From contig JBPOGI010000001.1 in NCBI GenBank assembly GCA_051251855.1, forward strand, positions 1,664,001 through 1,728,000: 64,000 bases of DNA. Reading direction: 5' to 3'. Source of the stretch: Roseibacillus sp. GTDB taxonomy: Bacteria > Verrucomicrobiota > Verrucomicrobiia > Verrucomicrobiales > Akkermansiaceae. The notes below the pieces were generated by a model that did not search any database, was not told where the DNA came from, and saw nothing but the letters and a program-made list of their open reading frames with translations. Position numbers and translations under genes: made by a program. Shown here in pieces: positions 1 through 9,479 of the stretch (positions are counted from its first letter, which is position 1; each line of letters opens with the position of its first letter).

Positions 1-81
1 CTCGATCTGAGTCGTGACTCCGCCGACCCGAAGAGATTCTTTATCCTAGTTGAACCCAATTCCGGGCCTCCAACACCTTAA
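1..81 (+). CDS. 3' end of a gene entering from the left (LDLSRDSADPKRFFILVEPNSGPPTP*), possibly a secreted protein
   Basis: Frame 1 open from base 1 to TAA at 79-81, followed by a strong terminator; KRFFIL resembles the FFR-type tails of the secreted proteins at the right end. Confidence 0.5.
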   Translation, partial: LDLSRDSADPKRFFILVEPNSGPPTP

Positions 82-112
82 GAAGCCTATTTAGTTTTCC
101 TGGCAATCCAAC

Positions 113-154
113 AGAGCTGTCCGACTTTTCGAAGTTGGGCAGCTCTCTTTTTTT
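113..154 (+). terminator. Rho-independent terminator
   Basis: AGAGCTGTCCGACTT-TTCG-AAGTTGGGCAGCTCT, 15-bp stem with two G-U pairs and a UUCG loop, followed by a T7 run; lies between convergent genes. Confidence 0.9.
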
Positions 155-169
155 GGTTCCTAATCGCGC

Positions 170-2191
170 CTACCAGCCTCCGCCACCCACGCGCCACTCC
201 TCCATCATCTCCGACGGACAATCATCAAGGAATCGTGAAGGCCTTTGAATGATATCACCGGTATAACTGCGCGGATTCATCTGTGGATAGGTGAGATAAA
301 GCTCATCCTTGGCTCGCGTAATCGCCACATAAAAAAGCCGCCTCTCCTCTTCCATCATGGCCTCATCATTCGCTTCAATAATACGGCCATTCGGGAACAT
401 GCCATCCGTCAACCAAATCACAAAGACGACCTTATATTCGAGCCCCTTGGCTTGGTGAATCGAAGACAGAGTCACCTGCTCGGGATCGATTTCCTCTTTC
501 TTACCTGTTGGCTCACCGTCGACCGATCCCATCAGAGACAGCTGCGCCAAAAACTCCTCGATATCATCAAAGGTCTCGGCATAGCTCATCAACTGCTCTA
601 CATCCGCGCGCCGATTGTCGTAGTTCTCAAAGTTCGCCTGCAACACCTCGTCGTAGATGCCCTCCAGAATCGAATAAATCATCTCCGAAGGCCGTGCGAA
701 CTCACCGTTGGGCACCAGTTCGTCGAGAACGTAGCACAGGTCTTCCCAATGCTGTTTAGCCTTCTTGGGAACAGTAAACTCCAACATTTGCTCAGAGAAC
801 TTTTCAGGAGGCTTCTCTTCGCTCCCCCATCCCGTCTTACGCCAGGCAGCCCAAAGCTTTACCGCCCCCTTCGCCCCAATACCCGGCAACATCAGAGCCA
901 TTCGTTTGAAACTCACCTCATCCTTCCGGTTCACCACCAGACGAATAAACGCGGCCACATCCTTAATGTGCGCCTGCTCAAAGAACCGCAATCCACTCGT
1001 GACTTGAAACGGAATCCCCCGATTCGTCATCTCCATCTGAATCTCCAGACTTTGATGATGCGCCCGATAGAGCACCGCCATCTCCTCCAGCTCCACACCC
1101 TCATCTCTCAGCTCAAGAATCCGCTGAGTGACAAATTGAGATTGCGCCGTTGGATCCTCTAACGGCACCAAAGCCGGCGGTGCCGAGCCTGCTTCCCTCG
1201 ATGATCGCAACGTCTTATGAAACTGTCGCGTATTCGCCCGAATAGCACTGTTAGAAAGATCTAAAATCTCAGGAACACTCCGATAATTAGTCTCAATTTT
1301 AAAAACCTTGGCGTCCTTAAAGCGGTCTGGAAACCCAAGAATATTGTCCATATCCGCCCCCCGCCAAGAGTAGATCGACTGTGCATCATCCCCCACCACC
1401 ATGATGCTCTGATGCTTGCCCACTAATAATTCTACCAACGCACTCTGAACGTAGTTCGTATCCTGAAACTCATCTACCAGCACATACCGAAACCGTTTTT
1501 GATAAAGCTCTCGAAGCTCTTCATTCTTTTGCAGAAGCTCCAGCGTTAGAATCAACAAATCATCGAAGTCCATTGAATTCACATCGTGCTTCTTCCGTGC
1601 GTAGGCATCCTCTACCTGCGCAATCTCCTCCGCCCACTCTTCAAAGTAAGGATAGCGCACCTCAATCACCTCCTCCAAAGTCTCCCCTGTATTACGCATC
1701 ATCGAGAACATACTCGCCAGCACATCCGCCTTCGGAAAACGCCGCGTCTTTGTATCGATATCGAGTTCACCCACCACCGTGTTCATGAGCGCCTTTTGGT
1801 CATCACGATCTAGAATCGAGAACGAACGTGTATATCCAATCTCATCTGCATGACGACGTAGAATTCGATTTCCGATCGAGTGAAACGTCCCCCCCCACAG
1901 CGTCGACAAGTCCTGTGGCACCAACTGCTTTACCCGCTCCAGCATCTCTTTCGACGCCTTGTTGGTGAAAGTCAGCAAGAGAATATCCTTGGGATTCACC
2001 CCTTGGTCTAACAAATACGCAACTCGGTAAGTGAGTGTCCGGGTCTTCCCTGAACCAGCGCCCGCAATGACCAGTGCCGCCCCCGGAGGAGAAGTCACCG
2101 CAGCATACTGCTCGTCATTGAGCGCCGCCTTGTAGTCAATACCCGAAGTACCCTTCCGCTCCGGCTGCTGCAATTGATAGTCACGCGCCAT
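170..2191 (-). CDS. UvrD/PcrA-family SF1A ATP-dependent DNA helicase
   Basis: LNDEQ Q-motif, AGAGSGKT, TFTNKA, DEFQD, GDDAQSIYSWRGA, NYRS, HQAKGLE, EERRLFYVAITRA. Confidence 0.95.
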   Translation of the reverse strand: MARDYQLQQPERKGTSGIDYKAALNDEQYAAVTSPPGAALVIAGAGSGKTRTLTYRVAYLLDQGVNPKDILLLTFTNKASKEMLERVKQLVPQDLSTLWGGTFHSIGNRILRRHADEIGYTRSFSILDRDDQKALMNTVVGELDIDTKTRRFPKADVLASMFSMMRNTGETLEEVIEVRYPYFEEWAEEIAQVEDAYARKKHDVNSMDFDDLLILTLELLQKNEELRELYQKRFRYVLVDEFQDTNYVQSALVELLVGKHQSIMVVGDDAQSIYSWRGADMDNILGFPDRFKDAKVFKIETNYRSVPEILDLSNSAIRANTRQFHKTLRSSREAGSAPPALVPLEDPTAQSQFVTQRILELRDEGVELEEMAVLYRAHHQSLEIQMEMTNRGIPFQVTSGLRFFEQAHIKDVAAFIRLVVNRKDEVSFKRMALMLPGIGAKGAVKLWAAWRKTGWGSEEKPPEKFSEQMLEFTVPKKAKQHWEDLCYVLDELVPNGEFARPSEMIYSILEGIYDEVLQANFENYDNRRADVEQLMSYAETFDDIEEFLAQLSLMGSVDGEPTGKKEEIDPEQVTLSSIHQAKGLEYKVVFVIWLTDGMFPNGRIIEANDEAMMEEERRLFYVAITRAKDELYLTYPQMNPRSYTGDIIQRPSRFLDDCPSEMMEEWRVGGGGW

Positions 2192-3918
2192 TACTCCGCT
2201 TTCTCAGCCTCGTCCAAGGTTGCCCCTTCATCGACCCGCTTCGCAAAACGCTGAAACTCGGCCAGCTCTTTCTTCACGATAGGGAGTAAGAAATAGAGAC
2301 CAATCAAGTTCGGTAACACCATCGCAAAATACATCGCATCCGACAGCTTAAGAACATTCTGCAAAGAAGCTCCCGCCCCAAGAACAACGCAAAGACAGAA
2401 AACCACCTTATAAATTAGAACCGCCGTCTTGTTGTTTCCTGTCAGATAGTCAATCGCCTGTTCACCATAGTAAGACCACGAAATCATGGTTGAGAACGCG
2501 AAGAGCACCACCGCAACTGTCAGCACATACGGGAACCAGGAAATCACCGAACCAAATGAACGCGAAGTCAGCCAAATCCCTCCTGACCAGCCCGTCCGGT
2601 CCACAAGGGAATCCAAAGCCATAAAGCCAGCGGCATCTCCTTCCGGAGTCTTCACCTGAACCCACTCACCTCCAGCCTCGGTAACCTCTCCGATACTACT
2701 CTCCGTAACCTTAACGAGATCACTCGCCGCCAGCGTCTTCACGACCTCGGACTGAGCGTCCTTCTGTAAATAAATATCAGCTTCGCCCGCCAAACTCGCA
2801 TCGGCCTTCCAAACACCGGTCACCACAATCACCAACGCGGTCATTAGGCAAATCACCACCGTATCAATGAAGGGCTCTAACAGTGCTACGACCCCCTCAC
2901 TGGCCGGCTTGCGGGTCTTGACCGGAGCGTGCGCAATGGCAGCAGAACCCAGGCCCGCTTCGTTCGAGAACACACCACGCTTAATTCCCTGAATGAGTCC
3001 TCCAATAAAACCTCCTAACCCAGCCTCCGCAGAGAAGGCCTCACTGACAATCACTCCCAGTGCTGCAGGCACTTCACCAATGTAACCAAAAAGAACAACA
3101 AGACAGGCAATCACATAAATGATGGTCATAAACGGCACCAGAAAGGCCGTCACCCGAGCAATGGAAACAATCCCTCCCAAAATCACCGCTCCCACCGCAA
3201 TCGCCACAATCACTCCCAGCTTCCATTCCGCGCCTCCAAAGATGCCAAAAGTCTCCGTCACTTGCTGAGCCGATTGGTTCATCTGGAACATATTACCTGC
3301 TCCCAAAGCACCTCCCACACAGGCAATCGCAAAGAAGATGGCGAGCACCTTACCGAAACCGCCCAAACCTCGCTCGGCCAAACCATCCTGCAAATAGCGC
3401 ATCCCTCCGCCGTGGACGTTCCCCTCGCTGTCAATTTTTCGATAGCGGACTCCCAAGGTACACTCAGTAAACTTCGAGCTCATTCCCAAGAACCCCATCA
3501 CCACCATCCAAAAGACCGCACCCGGTCCACCGATGCCAATCGCCACCGCGACCCCTGCTATATTTCCCAGCCCAACCGTTGCGGACAAAGCCGTCGCCAA
3601 AGCTTGAAAGTGCGTAATCTGCCCAGGATCATCTTTTTTGGAATACTTTCCTTTCACTGTTCGAATCGCTAAACCAAAGGCCCGCAAGTTGATGAACTTG
3701 AAATAAAGCGTCAGGAAAATCGCGGTGAAGGCTAACAGGATTAAAACCACTGGTGCCGACTGCCCTCCACCGACCGGAATCGAAAAGAAGACCACCTTGT
3801 CCGCGAAATCTGCCACCGGAGCCAACAGTCCATCCATTTTCGCACTGACTCCTTCCGCACAAGCTGAAGCAGCAGAAAGCAGCATCACAAAAAACCCGAG
3901 TAAACCCTTCTTAAACAT
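2191..3918 (-). CDS. Alanine/glycine:cation symporter (AGCS/AlsT family) with inserted SH3b-like domain
   Basis: FQALATALSATVGLGNIAGVA, GGPGAVFWM, FSNEAGLGSA, EPFIDTVVIC, FAFSTMISWSYYGE; start placed at ATG 3918 (MFKKG, signal-like N-terminus); TAATG overlap with the helicase start. Confidence 0.93.
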   Translation of the reverse strand: MFKKGLLGFFVMLLSAASACAEGVSAKMDGLLAPVADFADKVVFFSIPVGGGQSAPVVLILLAFTAIFLTLYFKFINLRAFGLAIRTVKGKYSKKDDPGQITHFQALATALSATVGLGNIAGVAVAIGIGGPGAVFWMVVMGFLGMSSKFTECTLGVRYRKIDSEGNVHGGGMRYLQDGLAERGLGGFGKVLAIFFAIACVGGALGAGNMFQMNQSAQQVTETFGIFGGAEWKLGVIVAIAVGAVILGGIVSIARVTAFLVPFMTIIYVIACLVVLFGYIGEVPAALGVIVSEAFSAEAGLGGFIGGLIQGIKRGVFSNEAGLGSAAIAHAPVKTRKPASEGVVALLEPFIDTVVICLMTALVIVVTGVWKADASLAGEADIYLQKDAQSEVVKTLAASDLVKVTESSIGEVTEAGGEWVQVKTPEGDAAGFMALDSLVDRTGWSGGIWLTSRSFGSVISWFPYVLTVAVVLFAFSTMISWSYYGEQAIDYLTGNNKTAVLIYKVVFCLCVVLGAGASLQNVLKLSDAMYFAMVLPNLIGLYFLLPIVKKELAEFQRFAKRVDEGATLDEAEKAE

Positions 3919-4057
3919 GCCAAAAGGCTGTCTCGCTCCAGCCCCCGCCACAAGTCGGAAAAACGCCATCTCTCTCACCCCAGACCACGATCCTCAGCGA
4001 ACTTCATCCCTCACGTCCACAGTTGCCTTTCCCGACATCCGAGCCATCATCTCCTAC

Positions 4058-4405
4058 ATGACCGTTCTCAAGACCAAATACGCTCTCTGGGCCGCTGACT
4101 GGCAGCGCGCCGTCGCCTTTTATCGTGACCTCTTCGGCGGCACTGTGACTATGGAATCCGAAGTCTGGTCCGAAGTCCACGTCGCCAACGGCATCATCGG
4201 CATCCACGGCGGAGGCGAAGGCAAACGAACTTGGACGGGGCTCTCTTTCCAAGTCGAAGATCTTCGCTCGGCCATCGAGGAACTAAAAGCCCATGGTGGC
4301 AGCCTCACTCGCGAGCCCCACGACACCCCTGAAGATCCTCTTCACCTCGCGATGTGTATCGACCCCGACGGCAACGAGTTCATGATGACCCAGCCCCGCC
4401 ACTAG
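4058..4405 (+). CDS. VOC/glyoxalase-family protein
   Basis: RAVAFYRDLFG, LSFQVEDL, DPDGNEF; ATG at 4058 within the longer computed ORF. Confidence 0.85.
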   Translation: MTVLKTKYALWAADWQRAVAFYRDLFGGTVTMESEVWSEVHVANGIIGIHGGGEGKRTWTGLSFQVEDLRSAIEELKAHGGSLTREPHDTPEDPLHLAMCIDPDGNEFMMTQPRH

Positions 4406-4412
4406 GGATCGC

Positions 4413-5003
4413 CTAAAGAGACCCCGCGATCACCCCCGCTAGCTTATCCACCAGGCGACTTTGCGAAGCGGCCAACTCCTCGAAACCATCGACCCGTAGA
4501 TCGTCACGCACGGTCGTATTCTGATTCTTGACGAGTACGCCTTCCGGCAAACGGTAGGCACGCCAATTGGCCTCCAAAACCGTCTCTCCGTCGGGCGTCC
4601 CTTGAAAGCGCACTACATCCACCGTCACTTGATAGCTTAACTCGCTCTCCCGCTGCCAAGGATACACCTTCACATTACCAGTTCCGAGACGCCGTCCCAA
4701 ATTGGTGGCCAGAACACGACTGAAATTATCCTCTAAATCCCCCGCCCACAGGTGGTCCTCCGAAAATTCCAGCCGGTTAGCCGTGCTTTGAAAGAGGAGG
4801 TTTGGCCTCTCGGTGAGAAATGGAGCCAAGTCTACTGGTCCAACTCCGACTCCCATCCCACTGCGCGTCGGCGCAGAACCTGCAGCCGACAAAACATAGT
4901 AGCCGCGACTCGGCCCTTTCTTGAAGAAGGAGCACGAGGACAACGCCAAAATACCGACCAGTAGAAAGCAACGGGATACCAAGAAGTTTTGAAAATGCAT
5001 CAT
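4413..5003 (-). CDS. pqiC: PqiC-type outer-membrane lipoprotein
   Basis: Lipobox ALSSC, YYVL, GVGPV, HLWAGDL, DVVRFQG; directly follows pqiB. Confidence 0.85.
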   Translation of the reverse strand: MMHFQNFLVSRCFLLVGILALSSCSFFKKGPSRGYYVLSAAGSAPTRSGMGVGVGPVDLAPFLTERPNLLFQSTANRLEFSEDHLWAGDLEDNFSRVLATNLGRRLGTGNVKVYPWQRESELSYQVTVDVVRFQGTPDGETVLEANWRAYRLPEGVLVKNQNTTVRDDLRVDGFEELAASQSRLVDKLAGVIAGSL

Positions 5004-6715
5004 CGTTTTGCGCGGGGAATCTTATCGGAAGAGCCTGGCTTTCCGAACAAAAGTGAATTCGGCTTATCGCTAATCGTGTCTGTGAGGCGCTCAATGGAGC
5101 GTGTCGCCGAGCGTAGCTCATCCATTGTTCGCCGCAAGTCACCATAAACCGCGCCATCGTTGGAAAGCGGTTTCAAAGTATTATTAATCTGGGCCAAAGT
5201 CTCTCGCACGTCATCTGGGATCGACCGCGTCGATTCCGATTTTAAAATCTCATTCAGTGACGCCAAACTTGCCTTCATCTCCGCGAGAGTCGCTTGCGAC
5301 TCAACCAGCACCGGCCCCGTGCTCTCCAACTTTTCGTTCATAACGTGCAAAGTGTTTTGAGCCGCGAGCGTCGTTGCCTCTAACTGATTCACTAAGCTTT
5401 CAATAGGCACCTCATTAATCTTCTCGACCACCGCAGTCACGCGCTCCTCAAGTTGCCCCAAACCTGTCTCTACCGTCGGCAAAACCAAGTAGCTATCCAT
5501 CACCACCAGAGTCTCCTCACCCTCTTCGGGATAATAGTCCATGTCCACGTAACGCTGACCAGTCAGTAGGTTGCTCGACTTCAAACTCGCTCTCAGACCT
5601 TTACCCAAAGCCAACTCAATGCCTCCCCCGCCTTCATCCAAAAGCTCAGGCGGAAAGTGCTTCTGCAAGAGACGCCGATTCAACTGAATCAACACCGGAG
5701 TCTGCTCATCGTCTCCGTTTCTTACCAATCCGTAGGAAATCTCACTCACTCGTCCCACCTTCAATCCGCGAAACTCAACAGATGCCCCCACAGTCAACCC
5801 CTTCACAGATTGCTCAAACAGAAGAAGAAATTCACCCTCAGACTCGAAGCTATTCGCTTCAGCCTCTGCTAAACTTTGATAAAGGCGATAGACGTAACCA
5901 TCCGTGATCTCTTCACCTGCCACTTCACCTTCCATCAGGCCAAATGCCACTTGCCCTTTGAGGAGAGAATCTAGCGAAGGCAACTCGATATCAACGCCCT
6001 CAGCTCCCACCCGGACTTTCAAACCACTCGACCCCCAGAAGAACGTATTCGTCGTCACCAAATCTCGATACTCCTCCTGAACAAAGACGCCAAGAGTCAC
6101 CTCTTCCCGATCAGGATCAAAGAATCGACTCTCAATTTTGCCTACCAAGTTATTTTTAAAGTAGACACCACTCCCGACATCGACCACCCCCGGATTTTCC
6201 GTAACCAACTCCAGACGGAGTCCCGGAACAGAGTTAGGAGTTGGAGGCGGATTCTCCAGGCCTACAAAATCTCTCTTACCTTGTTCGCCTGTCCCCGGAT
6301 CCAACTCGATATAGGCTCCACTAAAAACGGTCCCTAGACCAGAGACGCTCCCTCCACTAATCCGCGCTTTAACGACCCAGAACTGAGAATCCTCGCGGAG
6401 AAGATGGAGATGCTTCGGCTTAATACGAAGATCGAGCTCGACCTCCAAATCATCGGTCAAAGTAATATTCTCGAGTTCCCCGACTTTTACCGCACGACAC
6501 CGCACTTCGGTCTTCCCCACCGAGAGTCCTTCTGCGCTCGGCAAGCCGACCCTCACTACTTCTCCAAAATCATCGAAGTGCCTCTTCACCAGCCACAGGC
6601 CGAGAATCGCGGCAATCAGGGGCAGCAACCAGAACCAGCTCAGCCGGCGGGCAGGCTTAACTTCTGGCTCATCAGGCTCGTGAGATTGACTCTCTCTTTG
6701 TTTCGGTTTTGCCAT
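5000..6715 (-). CDS. pqiB: PqiB, three-MCE-domain intermembrane transport protein
   Basis: WLLPLIA N-terminal anchor, AEGLSVGKT, SGLGTVFSGAYIELDPG, FEQSVKGLTVGASVEFRG, NLLTGQRYV, C-terminal PNSLLFG. Confidence 0.93.
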   Translation of the reverse strand: MAKPKQRESQSHEPDEPEVKPARRLSWFWLLPLIAAILGLWLVKRHFDDFGEVVRVGLPSAEGLSVGKTEVRCRAVKVGELENITLTDDLEVELDLRIKPKHLHLLREDSQFWVVKARISGGSVSGLGTVFSGAYIELDPGTGEQGKRDFVGLENPPPTPNSVPGLRLELVTENPGVVDVGSGVYFKNNLVGKIESRFFDPDREEVTLGVFVQEEYRDLVTTNTFFWGSSGLKVRVGAEGVDIELPSLDSLLKGQVAFGLMEGEVAGEEITDGYVYRLYQSLAEAEANSFESEGEFLLLFEQSVKGLTVGASVEFRGLKVGRVSEISYGLVRNGDDEQTPVLIQLNRRLLQKHFPPELLDEGGGGIELALGKGLRASLKSSNLLTGQRYVDMDYYPEEGEETLVVMDSYLVLPTVETGLGQLEERVTAVVEKINEVPIESLVNQLEATTLAAQNTLHVMNEKLESTGPVLVESQATLAEMKASLASLNEILKSESTRSIPDDVRETLAQINNTLKPLSNDGAVYGDLRRTMDELRSATRSIERLTDTISDKPNSLLFGKPGSSDKIPRAKR

Positions 6716-6718
6716 GGT

Positions 6719-7348
6719 TTATCCCTCTCTCTCATCAGCTCGTAGACGGTCCCAAATCAACTTCGGTTCAAAAGCATGCGCTGCAAACATTGTCAAAATA
6801 ACCATTAACCCAAAAGCGACCGCTGCTGGGCCTGCTGCAATGCTCATGAGACCAGTAAACTTCACCAGCCCCACCAGAATTGCGACCACAAAAACATCCA
6901 CCATCGACCATCGACCGACCAATTCTGTCAGCCAATAGATTCGGTTGGCTCGGTGCGGATCAATTGGCACCATTCCAGCCGCCGCAGCACAGAGAACTCC
7001 CAGCGCCATCAACTTCAACCCTGGGATTAAGACGCTCGCCACAAAAATAGTAATGGCGACCGGATAAGCGTGCATCTCCCAGAACGTCGCCACTCCAGAG
7101 AGAATCGTTGAGGGCTCCTCAGCACCAAATTGAGTCACCACCATGATAGGAAGAATATTGGCAGGGATATAGGCAATTAGGGAGGCAGTCAGCAAAGCCA
7201 AACACCTCTGCAAGCTATCCTGCTTCCGAGCATGAACAGCGGACCCACACCTCTCACAACGGTGAAGCTCAGCCCGCTGCACCCGGCTGCATGTATGACA
7301 AGAGGCCAAGTTTTCTTCTAAGGCGGTTGGGGCAGTAAGCTCATTCAC
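6719..7348 (-). CDS. pqiA: PqiA, C-terminal-half type
   Basis: CxxC..CxxC, YIPANILPIM, STILSGV, GRWSMVDVFVVAILV. Confidence 0.9.
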   Translation of the reverse strand: MNELTAPTALEENLASCHTCSRVQRAELHRCERCGSAVHARKQDSLQRCLALLTASLIAYIPANILPIMVVTQFGAEEPSTILSGVATFWEMHAYPVAITIFVASVLIPGLKLMALGVLCAAAAGMVPIDPHRANRIYWLTELVGRWSMVDVFVVAILVGLVKFTGLMSIAAGPAAVAFGLMVILTMFAAHAFEPKLIWDRLRADEREG

Positions 7349-8010
7349 GCGTCCACCTCCTTTTCACGCTCACGAGCAGCTTCAATCCGGTCCCAGAATT
7401 CCACTTTGTCGATGCTACTCAAAGCGCCAGCAATCATGACAACTAAGAGTGCAAACGCCCAAAACCCTTGCCCGAGACTCACCTCTGCCAATTTCACCAG
7501 CTTCAGCAAGCTCACAATCGCACCCAGAAAGAAGACCTCCACCATCACCCAAGTTTGCAAATGACTGACCGCACGAAAGGCCACCACAGCCCCCGTCAAG
7601 CAACGCCCAAAAATGAGTGGAAAGGTCACATAAAGGAGACACGAAACCAACATTACAGGTAACACTACGATGAAGGCCGCCGTAGCTACAGCAATCGCAA
7701 TATCTCCTTGCGCCCACAGGCTCCCAGCCGCTCCCCAGACAGTCATCGAACTCTTAAGCCCATTATTATCAAGGCTTAGAAAAGGAAACAAAACCACCAA
7801 CACCATCAGGAAAAGCGCTGAAAGGGAAAACGAAACCGTGCGCTGGAGACTATAAGGCCGATTCTCGTAAAGCTCTGCACCACAGGTGTTGCAATGAGCA
7901 GACTCCCCCTCTCGCAATGCGACCACCTTCTGCAGGGTATCACAGTAGTCACATGCAGCATACTTTGACGCCCTTTTGGCCCGAGGCCAACCTTTACTCC
8001 TCTCTGCCAT
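7345..8010 (-). CDS. pqiA: PqiA, N-terminal-half type
   Basis: ACDYCD..CNTCGAEL, FPFL, WVMVEVFFLGAIVSLLKL. Confidence 0.9.
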   Translation of the reverse strand: MAERSKGWPRAKRASKYAACDYCDTLQKVVALREGESAHCNTCGAELYENRPYSLQRTVSFSLSALFLMVLVVLFPFLSLDNNGLKSSMTVWGAAGSLWAQGDIAIAVATAAFIVVLPVMLVSCLLYVTFPLIFGRCLTGAVVAFRAVSHLQTWVMVEVFFLGAIVSLLKLVKLAEVSLGQGFWAFALLVVMIAGALSSIDKVEFWDRIEAAREREKEVDA

Positions 8011-8182
8011 CGACCTAAGCCTAAATCAGAAAGGCCTCATTGAGAATCGATTGTTTCGCCAACATCCAGAGGTCACTCGTTCCTTTCAGTTTCTCTGAAA
8101 TAGCGGCCTCCTCCAGACTATGAGTGTAATCCTAGGCATCCCGACTGACATTACATTCACAGCCCGAAAGGCTTCACTACAC

Positions 8183-8210
8183 AAAAAACCGCACCTGAAG
8201 AGATGCGGTT
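8183..8210 (-). terminator. Rho-independent terminator of the rpsT transcript
   Basis: Minus strand AACCGCATCT-CTTC-AGGTGCGGTT followed by TTTT. Confidence 0.8.
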
Positions 8211-8235
8211 CGGTAAAACGAGTTTTCCCAAGAAT

Positions 8236-8466
8236 CTAGAGTAGGTCAGCAGCTGTCACAGATTGCTGCTCACGGGAGCCCAGTTCCAGAGCTTGCTCAA
8301 TCACCCGCGGAGCCGAAGCATCGAAGCGATAACCATGACAGTTTGGACAAATGGCAACTCGAGCAGCCACAATAGAGTCACACCCCTCACAGACTTGAAA
8401 GTCATCTGGGCTAGACGCAATCTCGCGCGCCTTAGCGGCCCGACTTTCGATCGCGGTTTCCTCCAT
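8236..8466 (-). CDS. Small zinc-ribbon protein
   Basis: CEGCD and CPNCH pairs in 76 aa; 14 nt downstream of rpsT. Confidence 0.75.
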   Translation of the reverse strand: MEETAIESRAAKAREIASSPDDFQVCEGCDSIVAARVAICPNCHGYRFDASAPRVIEQALELGSREQQSVTAADLL

Positions 8467-8480
8467 TAAATTTGGGCGCT

Positions 8481-8747
8481 CTACTTGGCAGCAGCCTTGA
8501 TGGCAGCAGCAGCTTTGCTTTTGAGGTTAGCAGCTTTGTTACGGTGGAAGATGCTCTTTTTAGCAGCACGATCTACAGCGGAAGAGTAGCGCGAGAGAGC
8601 CTCTGAAATCGCCTTGTCATCACCACCGGCAGCGGCCTCGTCAACCCCCTTACGGAGATTTTTGACTTTGGTTTTGAAAACACGATTATTAGCGGTGCGG
8701 GTCTCGATCTGACGGACGCGCTTAAGAGCAGAAGGATTGTTAGCCAT
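8481..8747 (-). CDS. rpsT: 30S ribosomal protein S20
   Basis: MANNPSALKRVRQ...DRAAKKSIFHRNKAANLKS; ATG at 8747. Confidence 0.97.
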   Translation of the reverse strand: MANNPSALKRVRQIETRTANNRVFKTKVKNLRKGVDEAAAGGDDKAISEALSRYSSAVDRAAKKSIFHRNKAANLKSKAAAAIKAAAK

Positions 8748-8773
8748 GATGTTTTTTAGCAGAAAGGGGCGCG

Positions 8774-8801
8774 AACCTAGAAGGACCGCGGCCAGTGTCA
8801 A
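8774..8801 (-). promoter_or_regulatory. Sigma70-type promoter of rpsT
   Basis: Minus strand TTGACA-N16-TAGGTT, about 26 nt upstream of the ATG. Confidence 0.6.
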
Positions 8802-8809
8802 GAAAAGGA

Positions 8810-9469
8810 TTAGTTCAATTTCAAGCTCAAGTATTTTTTCACGTGAGCAGGCCGGCCATTCCTAGCGTAATACTTACGGCCTTCGGGAGTGCGGTCAAGG
8901 GAACCACGGATAATCTGAATGTCAGCGCCAACCCCCACGCGGCGGTAAAGATCGATTACGTCTTTGGAAGTCATCCGGATACAACCATAGCTCCTTGGAA
9001 GGCCGATATTGCGCTCTTCTGGAGTTCCGTGGATGTAAATCAAGCGACGGAAAGTATTAGAATTGCTCTGCTCCTTACCACGCAACCACATGATACGAGT
9101 CACGATCGGATCGCGACCTGGGGTGTCGGGACGAAGAACTTCACCAGTAGGACGACGGCCCTTAAAAACAGTTCCTGGACGAGCGTTGCCACCAATCTTT
9201 TGGGCAATTTCTAATTTTCCAAGCGGAGTGCGATTGCTCCCTGGAGCACTTCCTTCTCCGAACTTAGAAGTCGAAATCGGATAAAGCTTGGTCGCCTTCC
9301 CCCCCTTGACCAGCAACATGGATTGGTCGCGAACGCTCACGATCATCTCGCTGTCGTTGTCGACCCTGCCACCACTGGAAGAAGAGCTACAGCTCGATAA
9401 ACCGATGACGGCGAGAGCAGCAGCGCCAAAAGAGGCAGCCTTAAGAAGTTGTTTTCCGTAGTTCAACAT
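8810..9469 (-). CDS. L,D-transpeptidase (YkuD family) lipoprotein
   Basis: Lipobox GLSSC; YPISTSKFG, TPLG, IYIHGT...SYGCIRM catalytic motif. Confidence 0.9.
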   Translation of the reverse strand: MLNYGKQLLKAASFGAAALAVIGLSSCSSSSSGGRVDNDSEMIVSVRDQSMLLVKGGKATKLYPISTSKFGEGSAPGSNRTPLGKLEIAQKIGGNARPGTVFKGRRPTGEVLRPDTPGRDPIVTRIMWLRGKEQSNSNTFRRLIYIHGTPEERNIGLPRSYGCIRMTSKDVIDLYRRVGVGADIQIIRGSLDRTPEGRKYYARNGRPAHVKKYLSLKLN

Positions 9470-9479
9470 AATGAGAATT

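Noticed and set aside
3725..4057. N-terminal extension of the VOC ORF
   Set aside because: Antisense to the symporter 5' end; VOC fold starts at ATG 4058
6719..8010. Split pqiA as a frameshifted pseudogene
   Set aside because: Each half has its own start and zinc-finger motif with an ATGA overlap; two-gene pqiA is a known arrangement
8190..8225. Hammerhead ribozyme core (CTGAAGAG)
   Set aside because: No stem II-GAAA arrangement; explained as the loop of the rpsT terminator
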